Position numbers and translations under genes: made by a program. From the IMG/VR virus record IMGVR_UViG_3300029552_000001: a DNA stretch of 64,000 nt; one strand, given 5' to 3'. Source of the stretch: a virus. The notes below the pieces were generated by a model, which saw only the letters and a program-made list of their open reading frames with translations, did no database searches and was not told the origin of the DNA. Positions 27,311 through 36,331 of the stretch are shown here, piece after piece. Numbering within the stretch: the first letter of the stretch is position 1; each line of letters begins with the position of its first letter.

Positions 27311-27649
27311 TCATTTGCCTTGATCACTATCCGTCTCAATATTATGAACAAGCTCATATAGATCATAATCACTACACTCTGCTAAACATAAAGAGAAGAC
27401 GCTCCTGTCGTTAATCAGGAAATAGCTATCTTCTAATATGAAGATAGATCTTCCTACCTCTAAAAAACAGTCCCATAACTCATTGCCTCTTTTATTGCCA
27501 AACACTTTCTGAAAAGTATGACGATCTGCCTTATTCTCGAATTTACGCATCCGTCTAATCCACTCATATCCGTGCCTCACTAAATCCAATCCGCCGGCTT
27601 CATCGAAGCTCCCGTTTTTATCAATCCATTTATTTACATCTATCAACAT
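27311..27649 (-). CDS. hypothetical protein (112 aa)
   Basis: ORF track. Confidence 0.55.
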   Translation of the reverse strand: MLIDVNKWIDKNGSFDEAGGLDLVRHGYEWIRRMRKFENKADRHTFQKVFGNKRGNELWDCFLEVGRSIFILEDSYFLINDRSVFSLCLAECSDYDLYELVHNIETDSDQGK

Positions 27650-27655
27650 ACTCCC

Positions 27656-28045
27656 TTATAATATTACATTAAACAACTCGTTTAACCTATCTATCTCACT
27701 TAGGTATTCATCTTCTTTATCAAATCTAATTTGCGTCCCTCCCTCCAATCCAAAGGACAGGGTAAAGGATATGACCCAGCCCGATCCGTCCACGGCCTTC
27801 CCCTTGGGAACCCAAGACATCACCGTCTTCTTGGATATCCACCATCTCCCTATCTCAACGAAATCAGGATAGTTGTTCATTAAATACACCATCTGACTAG
27901 CCATCTTATTGACATCATCAAAAGACACTATATGATACTTGTTTCTTATCCTGACCTTCAAGAAGGGGTTATCCATATTATATGCCGCAAATGCTGATAT
28001 TACGGAACTGGAATATCTAACCCCTTTTATTATTACCCATTTCAT
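27656..28045 (-). CDS. hypothetical protein (129 aa from ATG 28045; track start 28054 is GTG)
   Basis: AAGGAGG (28060-28054) lies 8 nt upstream of ATG 28045. Confidence 0.55.
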   Translation of the reverse strand: MKWVIIKGVRYSSSVISAFAAYNMDNPFLKVRIRNKYHIVSFDDVNKMASQMVYLMNNYPDFVEIGRWWISKKTVMSWVPKGKAVDGSGWVISFTLSFGLEGGTQIRFDKEDEYLSEIDRLNELFNVIL

Positions 28046-28058
28046 ATACAACACCTCC

Positions 28059-28346
28059 TTATATTAAACTATCTAATATAAATTCATCTTCCTCCGTTCT
28101 CTCATCTATAGGCTTGTTTTGTACCGTTTTGACAAGATCAAGCACCTCATCCCAAGTCCTTTCTGATAGCGACCCGATATTTATACCACAACATCTACAT
28201 CCACTAGAAAACACTGGTATTGTATTCCCATCATACATTCTAACGAATTTGTATCCTATATACTCATTACATAAAGAACATCTTCTTAACGGAATGAATC
28301 TTATCTTACCGCTATTGACCATACTTATCAGCACTTCTTTATTCAT
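28059..28346 (-). CDS. hypothetical zinc-ribbon-like protein (95 aa)
   Basis: CSLCNE..CRCCG. Confidence 0.5.
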   Translation of the reverse strand: MNKEVLISMVNSGKIRFIPLRRCSLCNEYIGYKFVRMYDGNTIPVFSSGCRCCGINIGSLSERTWDEVLDLVKTVQNKPIDERTEEDEFILDSLI

Positions 28347-28347
28347 A

Positions 28348-28773
28348 TCATTTCCTCAATTTGTTTTTAACCTCCTTAACATATTTGGGAGAATGTAATC
28401 CCCTATGCAATCTTATAGCCCGATCTATATCCTTGTTCGGATTATGATGAGATTGATATATCTCGAACATTTCCCTAGCCTTGATAGGATTTGTTCTATC
28501 ATCGTATCTATACCGCTTTTTCTCCCGTTTAAGACACAATATCCTATTAACCTCATCTACATACACCTTTTTCATCTGCCACCTCCCTAACGCCCCTGAA
28601 GTGGCGTTGTACGCCCGATCGTCATCCCTTGACTCCACGAAAGATAGGGCGGCCGCCAGCTTATCCCATACCCGTGCCTCGACCACTGCCGGCTTCGGGG
28701 CGAGGGGCATGCCTCCGTTCCCTTTTGGTGGTGTCAATATTATCATCGTCATCACAAGTAAGTATCTTATCAC
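28348..28773 (-). CDS. lytic transglycosylase (SLT-domain) with N-terminal hydrophobic anchor
   Basis: FVESRDDDRAYNATSGALGRWQM matches the SLT catalytic E-S..A..S..GA.G..Q motif. The N-terminus MIRYLLVMTMIIL is hydrophobic. Confidence 0.7.
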   Translation of the reverse strand: MIRYLLVMTMIILTPPKGNGGMPLAPKPAVVEARVWDKLAAALSFVESRDDDRAYNATSGALGRWQMKKVYVDEVNRILCLKREKKRYRYDDRTNPIKAREMFEIYQSHHNPNKDIDRAIRLHRGLHSPKYVKEVKNKLRK

Positions 28774-29327
28774 GTTCCCTTGTTTTTATAAAACTCCTCC
28801 CCGAATTTCACATTATCCACATAATCTTCCATACACTCATGAACAATTATATGAATATCCCCCTCCGTGTATGTTACCTCGGACATTAACCTCTCATTGG
28901 TCATCCACCAAGAATAACTATCAATATGCCGTATCTCAAATCCATGATCATGCAACGCATACATAACATTATATCTTAAATCCCTGTCCATCATCATACA
29001 CTCGTACACGATATAGCCATTGATACTTTCATGAGACCTACCGAACGTATAAACGTACCTACCCATCAACTTATACAACTCCCTTGCCATAGGATTCGGG
29101 ATCGCCTCATCCATATCAAAATCCCCATCTGGATCAATAACCCACTCTACATCCCGCTCATCAATACAAGCCCTAGGCATTCCTATTGTCCGTACATAAA
29201 GACGTGATCGGTGATCCTCGCTTAACACCGTCCCGATATACTTTTCCCCTTTGGCATATCCTATATTATGGTTGCCGGTTATATTAAATACAATTTCAGC
29301 TCCTATCTTAATTTCATCCATATTCAA
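28770..29327 (-). CDS. hypothetical protein (185 aa)
   Basis: ORF track. Confidence 0.6.
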   Translation of the reverse strand: MNMDEIKIGAEIVFNITGNHNIGYAKGEKYIGTVLSEDHRSRLYVRTIGMPRACIDERDVEWVIDPDGDFDMDEAIPNPMARELYKLMGRYVYTFGRSHESINGYIVYECMMMDRDLRYNVMYALHDHGFEIRHIDSYSWWMTNERLMSEVTYTEGDIHIIVHECMEDYVDNVKFGEEFYKNKGT

Positions 29328-29498
29328 GATGTTTGTATCATTTGTTATCTTTTTTATACAAAAAGAGGATATAATGGCATAATATTATGATATCAAGACA
29401 CGAATGCGTTATCTATCATATTATCATACATATCCTCTATACAACGTCATTTATGGCATTATATCGTATATGATGCCGCAGGCCATAAATACATCTAA

Positions 29499-29741
29499 TT
29501 AACCCTTTTTTAAGGGCTTATTGCCATTTAGGTAACTAGCTATGCCTAATATTTTCGAAATAAGGGCTTTTTTAGCCTTATACTCATCGTTTATCCCTAT
29601 TATCGCATATCTGTATACCATCCCATCCTTCGACACCTCCACGCCCACGTATTTAGGCGCAACGGCATCCCTATGTAATACGATAAACGGGCTTTTGCCG
29701 TCTAGCTCATTTATCAACTGATTAAACTGTCGCCTTGTCAT
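29499..29741 (-). CDS. hypothetical protein (80 aa)
   Basis: ORF track. Confidence 0.5.
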   Translation of the reverse strand: MTRRQFNQLINELDGKSPFIVLHRDAVAPKYVGVEVSKDGMVYRYAIIGINDEYKAKKALISKILGIASYLNGNKPLKKG

Positions 29742-30222
29742 CTGATAGTGATATTATTTCCATGTTATAAATACGATCTCTTTTTACCCTTATCTTCTCG
29801 CACAGCTCATCGAAGCACCCATCTTCTTCTAACCTACCAACATAATATGATACATTCGATTTAGAGCTTCCTTGAAGATATATATTTCCTCCTATATTCC
29901 TTGAGAAAAAATTAGGCAAGACCATCTTTTGCCTCTTATCCTTATTATCCATGTAAGATATAACGACAACCCATAATTCTGGCTTCCGTTCTTTTACAGA
30001 TAACATGAGATCAAGACTCGATTGACCATTGATATTCCTCCTGCCAGTTTCGTTATAACGAAGAATAATATAATCATTCGCGTTATCATCCTCAACCATC
30101 ACGACTATAGGGCGATCTCCCTTCCCATTATCACATAATACTCTTGGCTCTTTCCCGTTGCGGAGATACACCTTATCGTAATCTCCGTTTTTGTATATCT
30201 CAAAATCAAATTCTATCACCAT
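29722..30222 (-). CDS. hypothetical protein (166 aa)
   Basis: ORF track. Confidence 0.55.
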   Translation of the reverse strand: MVIEFDFEIYKNGDYDKVYLRNGKEPRVLCDNGKGDRPIVVMVEDDNANDYIILRYNETGRRNINGQSSLDLMLSVKERKPELWVVVISYMDNKDKRQKMVLPNFFSRNIGGNIYLQGSSKSNVSYYVGRLEEDGCFDELCEKIRVKRDRIYNMEIISLSDDKATV

Positions 30223-30223
30223 A

Positions 30224-30448
30224 TTATTTTCTCCTATTGATGTATTGTTGCGTACGTCCTTCCTCTATTTTTTCGAAATAAAACTTATTCCCATATAACC
30301 GAGTGAAGCAGATGTTATACCCGAAATGTTCCGCGCGTCTGATCTGCGCGTAACCTCTACTGATGTCATTATTATCAATCAGCGTAACAAAACAATGTGA
30401 TCCTACTTCTGTATTCAAAACCAGATTTTCCCAATCTTTTGCCTCCAT
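30224..30448 (-). CDS. hypothetical protein (74 aa from internal ATG; track start 30535)
   Basis: Starting at MEAKDWENL removes the 86-nt overlap with the upstream gene, whose stop is at 30450. Confidence 0.45.
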   Translation of the reverse strand: MEAKDWENLVLNTEVGSHCFVTLIDNNDISRGYAQIRRAEHFGYNICFTRLYGNKFYFEKIEEGRTQQYINRRK

Positions 30449-30449
30449 A

Positions 30450-30965
30450 TCAAATCTCCTTAAATAATTTTTTGTTATGATTATCGCTATTATACCATTT
30501 ATCAATATTATCGTACTGCTTTGGATAAACCCCATAAGACCTACACCACCTAGGTAACGGCCCGTTCAGCACGTCTAACGCCGCCTCAAGGTCAAACGTA
30601 GCTTCCTCCTTGACACAACACCCCGATCCACTTCCACAGCTCGGTATATAAGCTCTACTATACGCTACGCTCATCCCATATTCCCCATGACTCAGATACC
30701 CGATGTTGGGTGAATCAGGGAAGGCGTAATACAACATCGTATAATCACCCTTACTCCAACCTCTATTATAAGTATCATCCTGCCATGCGAAAACCCTGCA
30801 ACCGGTCTTCTTTAACTCATCAGCCGCTTTTCTTAAAATATTATCTCCCATATCATTTATATTTAAATTATGCCAAGGCGCCGGGAACCGACCCCGGGCC
30901 ATATCCGCACACGTACGATCATGGTATTCCTTCCGCCCCGCCAAGGCTTGGTTCAACATTAACAA
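30450..30965 (-). CDS. hypothetical protein (171 aa)
   Basis: ORF track. Confidence 0.55.
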   Translation of the reverse strand: MLMLNQALAGRKEYHDRTCADMARGRFPAPWHNLNINDMGDNILRKAADELKKTGCRVFAWQDDTYNRGWSKGDYTMLYYAFPDSPNIGYLSHGEYGMSVAYSRAYIPSCGSGSGCCVKEEATFDLEAALDVLNGPLPRWCRSYGVYPKQYDNIDKWYNSDNHNKKLFKEI

Positions 30966-31312
30966 ACTTTCATATCCTCACACATCTTAAAAAAGACCTC
31001 TCTTATGATCCTCTTATACAAGATGTATATCTCATCATCATCCTCATCGAACTCCACGCCCCATGAACGTAATAAATATCTAATGTCGCAATTCGCTATA
31101 TGAATCCTAAATATGGATGGAACGCTCATTATGTAATCCTCAAAAGCTTTCTTAATCCCATCCCTTTTGATATGTTCTTTATACTCATCCTTGAACACGT
31201 TAAGCATAAAAGATAGATATTCCCTATCATATTTAAACTGCTTACCATAATTATCTGTATCTATATGATCCAGTATATATATTTCTATAGCGTCTCTATC
31301 GTATTTTGACAT
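30959..31312 (-). CDS. hypothetical protein (117 aa)
   Basis: ORF track. Confidence 0.55.
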   Translation of the reverse strand: MSKYDRDAIEIYILDHIDTDNYGKQFKYDREYLSFMLNVFKDEYKEHIKRDGIKKAFEDYIMSVPSIFRIHIANCDIRYLLRSWGVEFDEDDDEIYILYKRIIREVFFKMCEDMKVC

Positions 31313-31572
31313 ACTTCTTCCTCCTCCTTTTGATATTTTATAACCTTTTTCTCCCCATACACTTTCGCTAACTGGATAAGTTGACCGGTAAACACCTTGG
31401 TACGGTGTTTTACGATCTTATCCACCAATTCCGGGCATCTGGTTCTCCACCTATAATTAACCTCACCTTTAGCTTTCTTCTTATAATACCTGTAGAATGT
31501 TACGGCTACTACCACTTCTCCATTCTGCTCAAAAGCAACCAAATCGTAATTGTTGTAAGTTATTTCGTTCAT
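31285..31572 (-). CDS. hypothetical protein (95 aa)
   Basis: ORF track. Confidence 0.5.
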   Translation of the reverse strand: MNEITYNNYDLVAFEQNGEVVVAVTFYRYYKKKAKGEVNYRWRTRCPELVDKIVKHRTKVFTGQLIQLAKVYGEKKVIKYQKEEEEVCQNTIETL

Positions 31573-31874
31573 CGTGTAATATATTTTATAAATTCAATCA
31601 CTTTCTTTGGCAGTGAATCTATATCCTTCACTCTTTTACCAAAATTGTACATATGACTTCTATGCGGATAATAATCTCCCGCATACATCCCCACTCCTAA
31701 TGGATGGAATGGATCCTCACTACATGAGAAAACAGGATAATACACCACCCCATAACCATCCTTTATATTTTTATTTACATATACTATGGTATATCTATCA
31801 GCCACTTCGTCGCCAAAATCATATACTCTTACTTTTACTTTCACGCCATCCACATTTGTTATAATATTATCCAT
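31569..31874 (-). CDS. hypothetical protein (101 aa)
   Basis: ORF track. AGGAGG (31885-31880) lies 5 nt upstream of the ATG. Confidence 0.55.
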   Translation of the reverse strand: MDNIITNVDGVKVKVRVYDFGDEVADRYTIVYVNKNIKDGYGVVYYPVFSCSEDPFHPLGVGMYAGDYYPHRSHMYNFGKRVKDIDSLPKKVIEFIKYITR

Positions 31875-31903
31875 ATATACCTCCTTTGTTGTTCACTATC
31901 CGA

Positions 31904-32128
31904 CTAATCTATTTTCCTTCCATATAAGGTGTATGTACCATACCATCCCCTATCCATATTTACCACCTCAATATGATGTATGTGATAACAACCATTAGCT
32001 ATTCTGCCGCAATCGGCTATCACCATAGCTATATTCCTATACCCAGAATCTATGAAAACACGAACCAACCTACCCCCGCTAAATATAGACACCTTGATAT
32101 CGTCTTTCTCTTTTATAATCCTTCTCAT
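31904..32128 (-). CDS. hypothetical protein, tandem paralog of 32148..32378 (start moved to ATG 32128)
   Basis: MRRIIKEKDDIKV..DSGYRN..RGWYGTYTLYGRKID compares with MRIRRTVKERDIVKV..DSGFRN..RGWCGSYTNYGKMID. AGGAGG lies 7 nt upstream of ATG 32128. The track start is TTG. Confidence 0.55.
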   Translation of the reverse strand: MRRIIKEKDDIKVSIFSGGRLVRVFIDSGYRNIAMVIADCGRIANGCYHIHHIEVVNMDRGWYGTYTLYGRKID

Positions 32129-32147
32129 ATCATATCCTCCTATCAAA

Positions 32148-32378
32148 CTAATCTATCATTTTACCATAATTAGTATATGATCCACACCACCCACGAGCCT
32201 CATTCGAAACCCTAATATGATCTACAGGCTTATCTCCTGCCATACAATTAGCGTAAGATAATACCTCCGACATGTTTCTGAACCCGGAATCCGCCGCCGA
32301 TTTTATAAGTTTCCGATCGTACCCGAATACCCATACCTTTACAATATCCCTTTCCTTTACAGTTCTTCTTATACGCAT
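32148..32378 (-). CDS. hypothetical protein, tandem paralog of 31904..32128
   Basis: See 31904..32128. The start is taken at the third codon (MRIRR) by analogy and is uncertain. Confidence 0.55.
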   Translation of the reverse strand: MRIRRTVKERDIVKVWVFGYDRKLIKSAADSGFRNMSEVLSYANCMAGDKPVDHIRVSNEARGWCGSYTNYGKMID

Positions 32379-32393
32379 AAACACTTATTTTTG

Positions 32394-32462
32394 CCAAGCA
32401 GAAAAGAACGGCTAACGACAAGACCTGCCCAGCCTCCCCGCAGCCGCCCGCATTTCCCTTGG
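32394..32462 (-). repeat. GC-rich hairpin element (family member, 69 bp)
   Basis: Minus sense CCAAGGGAAA pairs with UUUCU(G)CUUGG (10 bp, 1 bulge, G.U only in minus sense). This closes a GC-rich interior (GCGGGCGGCUGCGGGGAGGCUGGGC). Confidence 0.5.
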
Positions 32463-32467
32463 TGGTA

Positions 32468-32854
32468 TTAACTTCCTCCAATAATCTCATAATCGAATTT
32501 CACATTAATACTCTCATCAATGTTTAATTCTTTCTTCATCCCAAATACAGTCTCCCTTACCGTATCAAAACCCAATAATTGATCTTCGGGATTATTCACA
32601 AGCTCTCTCCGGTTATTCTTCCTAGGTTTTCTAGATGTAAGAATATATTCCGCACAACAGCTTCCTTCAAATGTCCTCACTCTGGAATACCATAGATCAC
32701 CGGTCCCGTACTCAACACATATATTCATGTTTATGATGGTATTATCCCACGCTTTTTCCGGTAAATGTTTGAAAATTCTGTTAACCCACCCCGTGTCAAT
32801 ATCTATATAAGGACAATCTAAATCCGATGTCCCCTTAATATCCAGATATAGCAT
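32468..32854 (-). CDS. hypothetical protein (128 aa)
   Basis: ORF track. Confidence 0.55.
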   Translation of the reverse strand: MLYLDIKGTSDLDCPYIDIDTGWVNRIFKHLPEKAWDNTIINMNICVEYGTGDLWYSRVRTFEGSCCAEYILTSRKPRKNNRRELVNNPEDQLLGFDTVRETVFGMKKELNIDESINVKFDYEIIGGS

Positions 32855-32916
32855 AACCTATCTATTATTCTTAAACATTCGAGCTTTCACATTCATTTTC
32901 TTCCGTCCCCATACCA

Positions 32917-33246
32917 CTATTCTATTATTTCCAACTTCCCGTAATAAGGATAAAAACAACCGTCTCGATAAACCGAATATCTGAGCGTTTTATCCTTTGC
33001 TTCATAGATGGAAACACAACCGCTGTTATAAGCGTTGGATAGTTCTTTTGCTACAAATCCACCTATTTGTTTATAGGTTTTAGGCGTATCCGCCAACGGC
33101 CTGCCTACATATATTTTTACCCTCTTGCACTTTTTGTCGCCTACGCATATATCCTTTCCTCTAAGCTCCGTTAAATACATGAATCTCATATCAGTCAATT
33201 TTAAATCCAACATTCCTCTACCTCTATCTCCATACGATCCTCCCAA
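32917..33246 (-). CDS. hypothetical protein (109 aa; start uncertain)
   Basis: ORF track. Confidence 0.5.
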   Translation of the reverse strand: MGGSYGDRGRGMLDLKLTDMRFMYLTELRGKDICVGDKKCKRVKIYVGRPLADTPKTYKQIGGFVAKELSNAYNSGCVSIYEAKDKTLRYSVYRDGCFYPYYGKLEIIE

Positions 33247-33443
33247 TTACATAAATCAGGATTCTCTCCTTCATAAAAGTAATAGTAAGCCCATACTTCA
33301 ATATCGCCCACTTTTATGCATCCATCACTGCACCATTCCACAATATCGTCATTCCTGCATACATTTGTCGGTTCAGCACCAAGCGACAATAGTTTGTTTA
33401 TTATATTGTCACCGAACCTTTCTTTCGCTTCCTCTTTCGTCAT
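33201..33443 (-). CDS. hypothetical protein (80 aa from ATG 33443; track start 33521 lies inside the GC-rich hairpin)
   Basis: MTKEEAKERFGDNI.. starts just past element 33475-33544. The 26-codon upstream extension is element sequence. Confidence 0.5.
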   Translation of the reverse strand: MTKEEAKERFGDNIINKLLSLGAEPTNVCRNDDIVEWCSDGCIKVGDIEVWAYYYFYEGENPDLCNWEDRMEIEVEECWI

Positions 33444-33474
33444 ATCGCTATCAGATTTTAATATTACACTAACG

Positions 33475-33544
33475 CCAAAGGGAAACAGGGACGGACGACC
33501 AGCGGACCTACCCCACGCCATCGCCGCCCCCCGTTCTCCCTTGG
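33475..33544 (-). repeat. GC-rich hairpin element (family member, 70 bp)
   Basis: Minus sense CCAAGGGAGAAC (33544-33533) pairs with GUUUCCCUUUGG (33486-33475), 11 of 12 including G.U. The same pairs are A-C mismatches in plus sense. Confidence 0.55.
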
Positions 33545-33706
33545 CTTCCTACACTCCCTCCATCACCCAAAGAAACACACACACCCATACATAAACATAC
33601 CTTCATACACATAAGATTCCCTTACTATAAAGATACCCTTGTTCCCCTTCCCTATTGTTTCCCGGGATCCCTTATTTCATCTCGTTTTTCCTCGGTTCAC
33701 ATTGAT

Positions 33707-33746
33707 CCCCTTGACTCCCCTTGACTCCTCTTGATTTCCCTTGTTT
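33707..33746. repeat. four tandem 10-bp repeats (CCCCTTGACT CCCCTTGACT CCTCTTGATT TCCCTTGTTT)
   Basis: Read directly from the sequence with exact 10-bp phasing. It sits in a 330-bp non-coding, strand-asymmetric tract (33545-33845) with at least 9 CCCTT motifs on the plus strand. Confidence 0.85.
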
Positions 33747-33845
33747 GGAGGTGTCCCCTCCCGCAAAACAAACCAACCCCACCAACTCCCAGCATAAAAC
33801 CCGAGACCTTCCTCCCGATTGTTCCACGTGGAACGCCCGTTCAGT

Positions 33846-34109
33846 CTAGGATATCGAGGTCTTTGCTCTTGATTGCCTTATATTTATGCAATGTATTGAT
33901 AATAAAGCCAATAAAAGAACTATGATTAAAGGCAGGGCGTCGCCCGTAGCTATAACATACCGCCCTAACTCAAACGCCATATACCCACAAAACAAAGTAA
34001 GCACGAAATATATAACTAATCCCATAAAATATACAATAAGTAACCACGATTTTAAAATTACGCCCAAATAATATAATAAATTGAGTATCAATAATATAAT
34101 ATATATCAA
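33846..34109 (-). CDS. small integral membrane protein (about 3 TM segments)
   Basis: IYIILLILNLLYYLGVIL, LLIVYFMGLVIYFVLTLFCGYMAF and LPLIIVLLLALLSI are hydrophobic stretches. Confidence 0.55.
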   Translation of the reverse strand: MIYIILLILNLLYYLGVILKSWLLIVYFMGLVIYFVLTLFCGYMAFELGRYVIATGDALPLIIVLLLALLSIHCINIRQSRAKTSIS

Positions 34110-34392
34110 CCCCTAGAGCTCCCTCTAAGGAAAGATAAGCCCAGATATAGATAAAAAATATACAATAAGTACCGCCTATTATATACCTTTTAGGATCGAT
34201 TCACGCACGAAACCATACATAAGGGCACAATATACCCGCCTGCATGGATATAAATATATACAGAATGATACATAATAAAGCATTTTACTTACACATTTTA
34301 GATCAGGGCTTAAAATTTACCACCTTAACACTTTTATGTGTAAGCAAAACATATGAATATGCTATCATTCTGTAAAATATAGGCACAAAAAA

Positions 34393-34428
34393 GCCCTTCC
34401 GTCTTATATCACTACAATACGGAAGGGC
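34393..34428 (-). terminator. rho-independent terminator
   Basis: 10-bp stem GCCCTTCCGT/ACGGAAGGGC with a 16-nt loop. On the minus strand it is followed by a T6 run (plus A6 34387-34392). It lies 31 nt past the stop of gene 34459..34677. Confidence 0.65.
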
Positions 34429-34458
34429 AAAACTTTAAAATCAAATAAAAACAAACGA

Positions 34459-34677
34459 CTACTGTCTCAATTTGTTTGCCATGTAACTAACACGCTTACG
34501 CCTGCACTTATCCGACTCCCTGCTACAATCTAATTTATTAGAATTGTATAGTTCTTTGGTAAGCTCAATATAAAACTCCATTTGAGACTTTCTAGCAGAT
34601 TCTAAAGCCTTTTCTTTTTGAATAGATAGTTTCCTATTCAAGTTACTAAATTTATTCTTGTACATAATCAATCGCAT
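34459..34677 (-). CDS. hypothetical basic protein (72 aa; may start at MYKNK, 34665)
   Basis: ORF track. Confidence 0.5.
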   Translation of the reverse strand: MRLIMYKNKFSNLNRKLSIQKEKALESARKSQMEFYIELTKELYNSNKLDCSRESDKCRRKRVSYMANKLRQ

Positions 34678-34686
34678 TTAATGAAG

Positions 34687-34775
34687 CCAATAAGAAACAG
34701 GCGACTAACAAGGCACAAGGCCGCCGTTATCAATACAGCTAGCCGGACGCACCACACCCGCCAGATTCCCTTTGG
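34687..34775 (-). repeat. GC-rich hairpin element (family member, ~89 bp)
   Basis: Minus sense CCAAAGGGAAUC (34775-34764) pairs with GUUUCUUAUUGG (34698-34687), about 10 of 12 with G.U. The interior is GC-rich. Confidence 0.4.
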
Positions 34776-34881
34776 TTTTTGTCCCTTTGCCCCGAACGAA
34801 CGAGACCAAATACGCACATACGTCACCCCGTGATACGTACCGACAAGGCGCACTTTGTCCGTCAATTTAACCGCACAAAAT

Positions 34882-34895
34882 ACCCTTGCAAGGGT
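34882..34895. promoter_or_regulatory. perfect 14-bp palindrome ACCCTTG.CAAGGGT (candidate dimeric protein operator)
   Basis: Read directly from the sequence. It is built from the same CCCTTG/CAAGGG core as the tandem array and the hairpin-element bases. Confidence 0.4.
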
Positions 34896-35299
34896 TGTTA
34901 TTTGCTATCCGTACACATGTTAGGTATTTAAGCTACCCTAACATACGTCGTATTGATATATTGGCACGGAAATAACGCCGTAATACACTCAATACGTGCT
35001 GCTCTCACAACGCACTAACATACGCCCTATACATGCGTATATACACCAATATACCCCGTGCTTTTACACGGCCTACTAGGTTAACCTAGCGTACTTACCG
35101 GATTGATATAAACCTAAAGATAATAGTACTACCCTGGACTAGGATAGTACCTAAACCACATTACTAAGCGGCGGCCTATCTACTGCAAGTTCTCGACACC
35201 CTAACAACCAGCAATATGTTTATATCAAAATATCAAATATCGTACCTATTTAGTCTAAATCAGTAGCGCGACGGGAACGCATAGGTGTGCTACCATAAC

Positions 35300-35325
35300 G
35301 CCCCCTATGTGATTAAATAGGGGGC
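35300..35325 (-). terminator. GC-rich 9-bp stem hairpin after gene 35334..35864
   Basis: GCCCCCTAT pairs with ATAGGGGGC around an 8-nt loop, 9 nt past the stop. There is no U-tract. Confidence 0.45.
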
Positions 35326-35333
35326 AAATCGTT

Positions 35334-35864
35334 TTATCTATCATTCCTAGGGTGCGTCAAATAGTAAGTGACACATTTTGCAATAAGATTAAACGTATAT
35401 CGTTTGATAGGTACAGCGCACTTTATGATACGTTTGTCTGCTCCGTTAAACGTTTCGTAATATATACCAAAATCAAACTCTATAGGCTCATTGTATCCAA
35501 AGCGTTTATGAGAAGAACCTAGTATTGCTATATCCTCTATTTCGTTCATTTTAAGCTTTTTGTTTTTATCCTGATCATTTTTATCATAGTATTCACGTTC
35601 TACTTCTTTGTATGCGCAAAATGTGTTATTTACACGTGGTAGTATTTCTTTACAAAGCTGTATTACTACTTCTTTGTCCTTTGCCAAATTGACTAAAGCG
35701 GGGACAATCGATTTGTCTACTTTGATCTCATTTTCCTTTAAAATCTCATTAACTTCTTTGCTGGATTTAAACAGCTGGCACCATGCTTTGATGGCACCTG
35801 TTAATGTCTTTTCGCTCGATTTTTTAATCTCATTCTGTACTTTATTAATCTCTTTACTTATCAT
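35334..35864 (-). CDS. hypothetical protein (176 aa)
   Basis: ORF track. Confidence 0.6.
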   Translation of the reverse strand: MISKEINKVQNEIKKSSEKTLTGAIKAWCQLFKSSKEVNEILKENEIKVDKSIVPALVNLAKDKEVVIQLCKEILPRVNNTFCAYKEVEREYYDKNDQDKNKKLKMNEIEDIAILGSSHKRFGYNEPIEFDFGIYYETFNGADKRIIKCAVPIKRYTFNLIAKCVTYYLTHPRNDR

Positions 35865-35940
35865 ATACTTTGCCTATACCTTTAGGACTTATAATGGCAC
35901 CTGGTACGCCTTGTTTGTTAATGCTGTTATCTTACAGGAG

Positions 35941-35948
35941 CAAATATA
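35941..35948 (-). promoter_or_regulatory. Bacteroidota-type -7 box (TATATTTG on minus strand)
   Basis: Plus strand reads CAAATATA, 76 nt upstream of ATG 35864. Confidence 0.3.
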
Positions 35949-36323
35949 CTACATGTTTTATTGTCCAACAAATATTTTGCAATAAAAATTCGACGATTAT
36001 ATGTAATAAATCTAATCAAATGTAAACATATATTAAAATATTGATTTATATGATTGACAATCAACAAGTTAAACACAAAATAATCATTCTTTTTTCGGCT
36101 CGCAGATCGTTTACCGTTCTTGTTTCCCGTCCTTTGTGGATTGGGGGGGCTGGTCCAAAAACGGCAGCCCGGCCGGGCCGATTTCGGGGAGGTGGTCCGT
36201 CCCGCATATCCCCCTCCCATCATACCCCACCTCATCCTTCCAATAACGTCCCGCATATCATCCTCTCCGAATATCCCTCATACTTCCTCACAACCATATC
36301 ACCTTCCATCTCATTTAATTTGT

Positions 36324-36331
36324 TATATTTG
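36324..36331 (+). promoter_or_regulatory. Bacteroidota-type -7 box (TATATTTG)
   Basis: Upstream of gene 36424..37179. The G11 tract starts 52 nt downstream of the box. Confidence 0.4.

Noticed and set aside
33707-33746. The tandem repeats as a CRISPR array.
   Set aside because: The units are 10 bp and contiguous without spacers. No repeat-spacer architecture of 24-48 bp repeats exists anywhere in the window.
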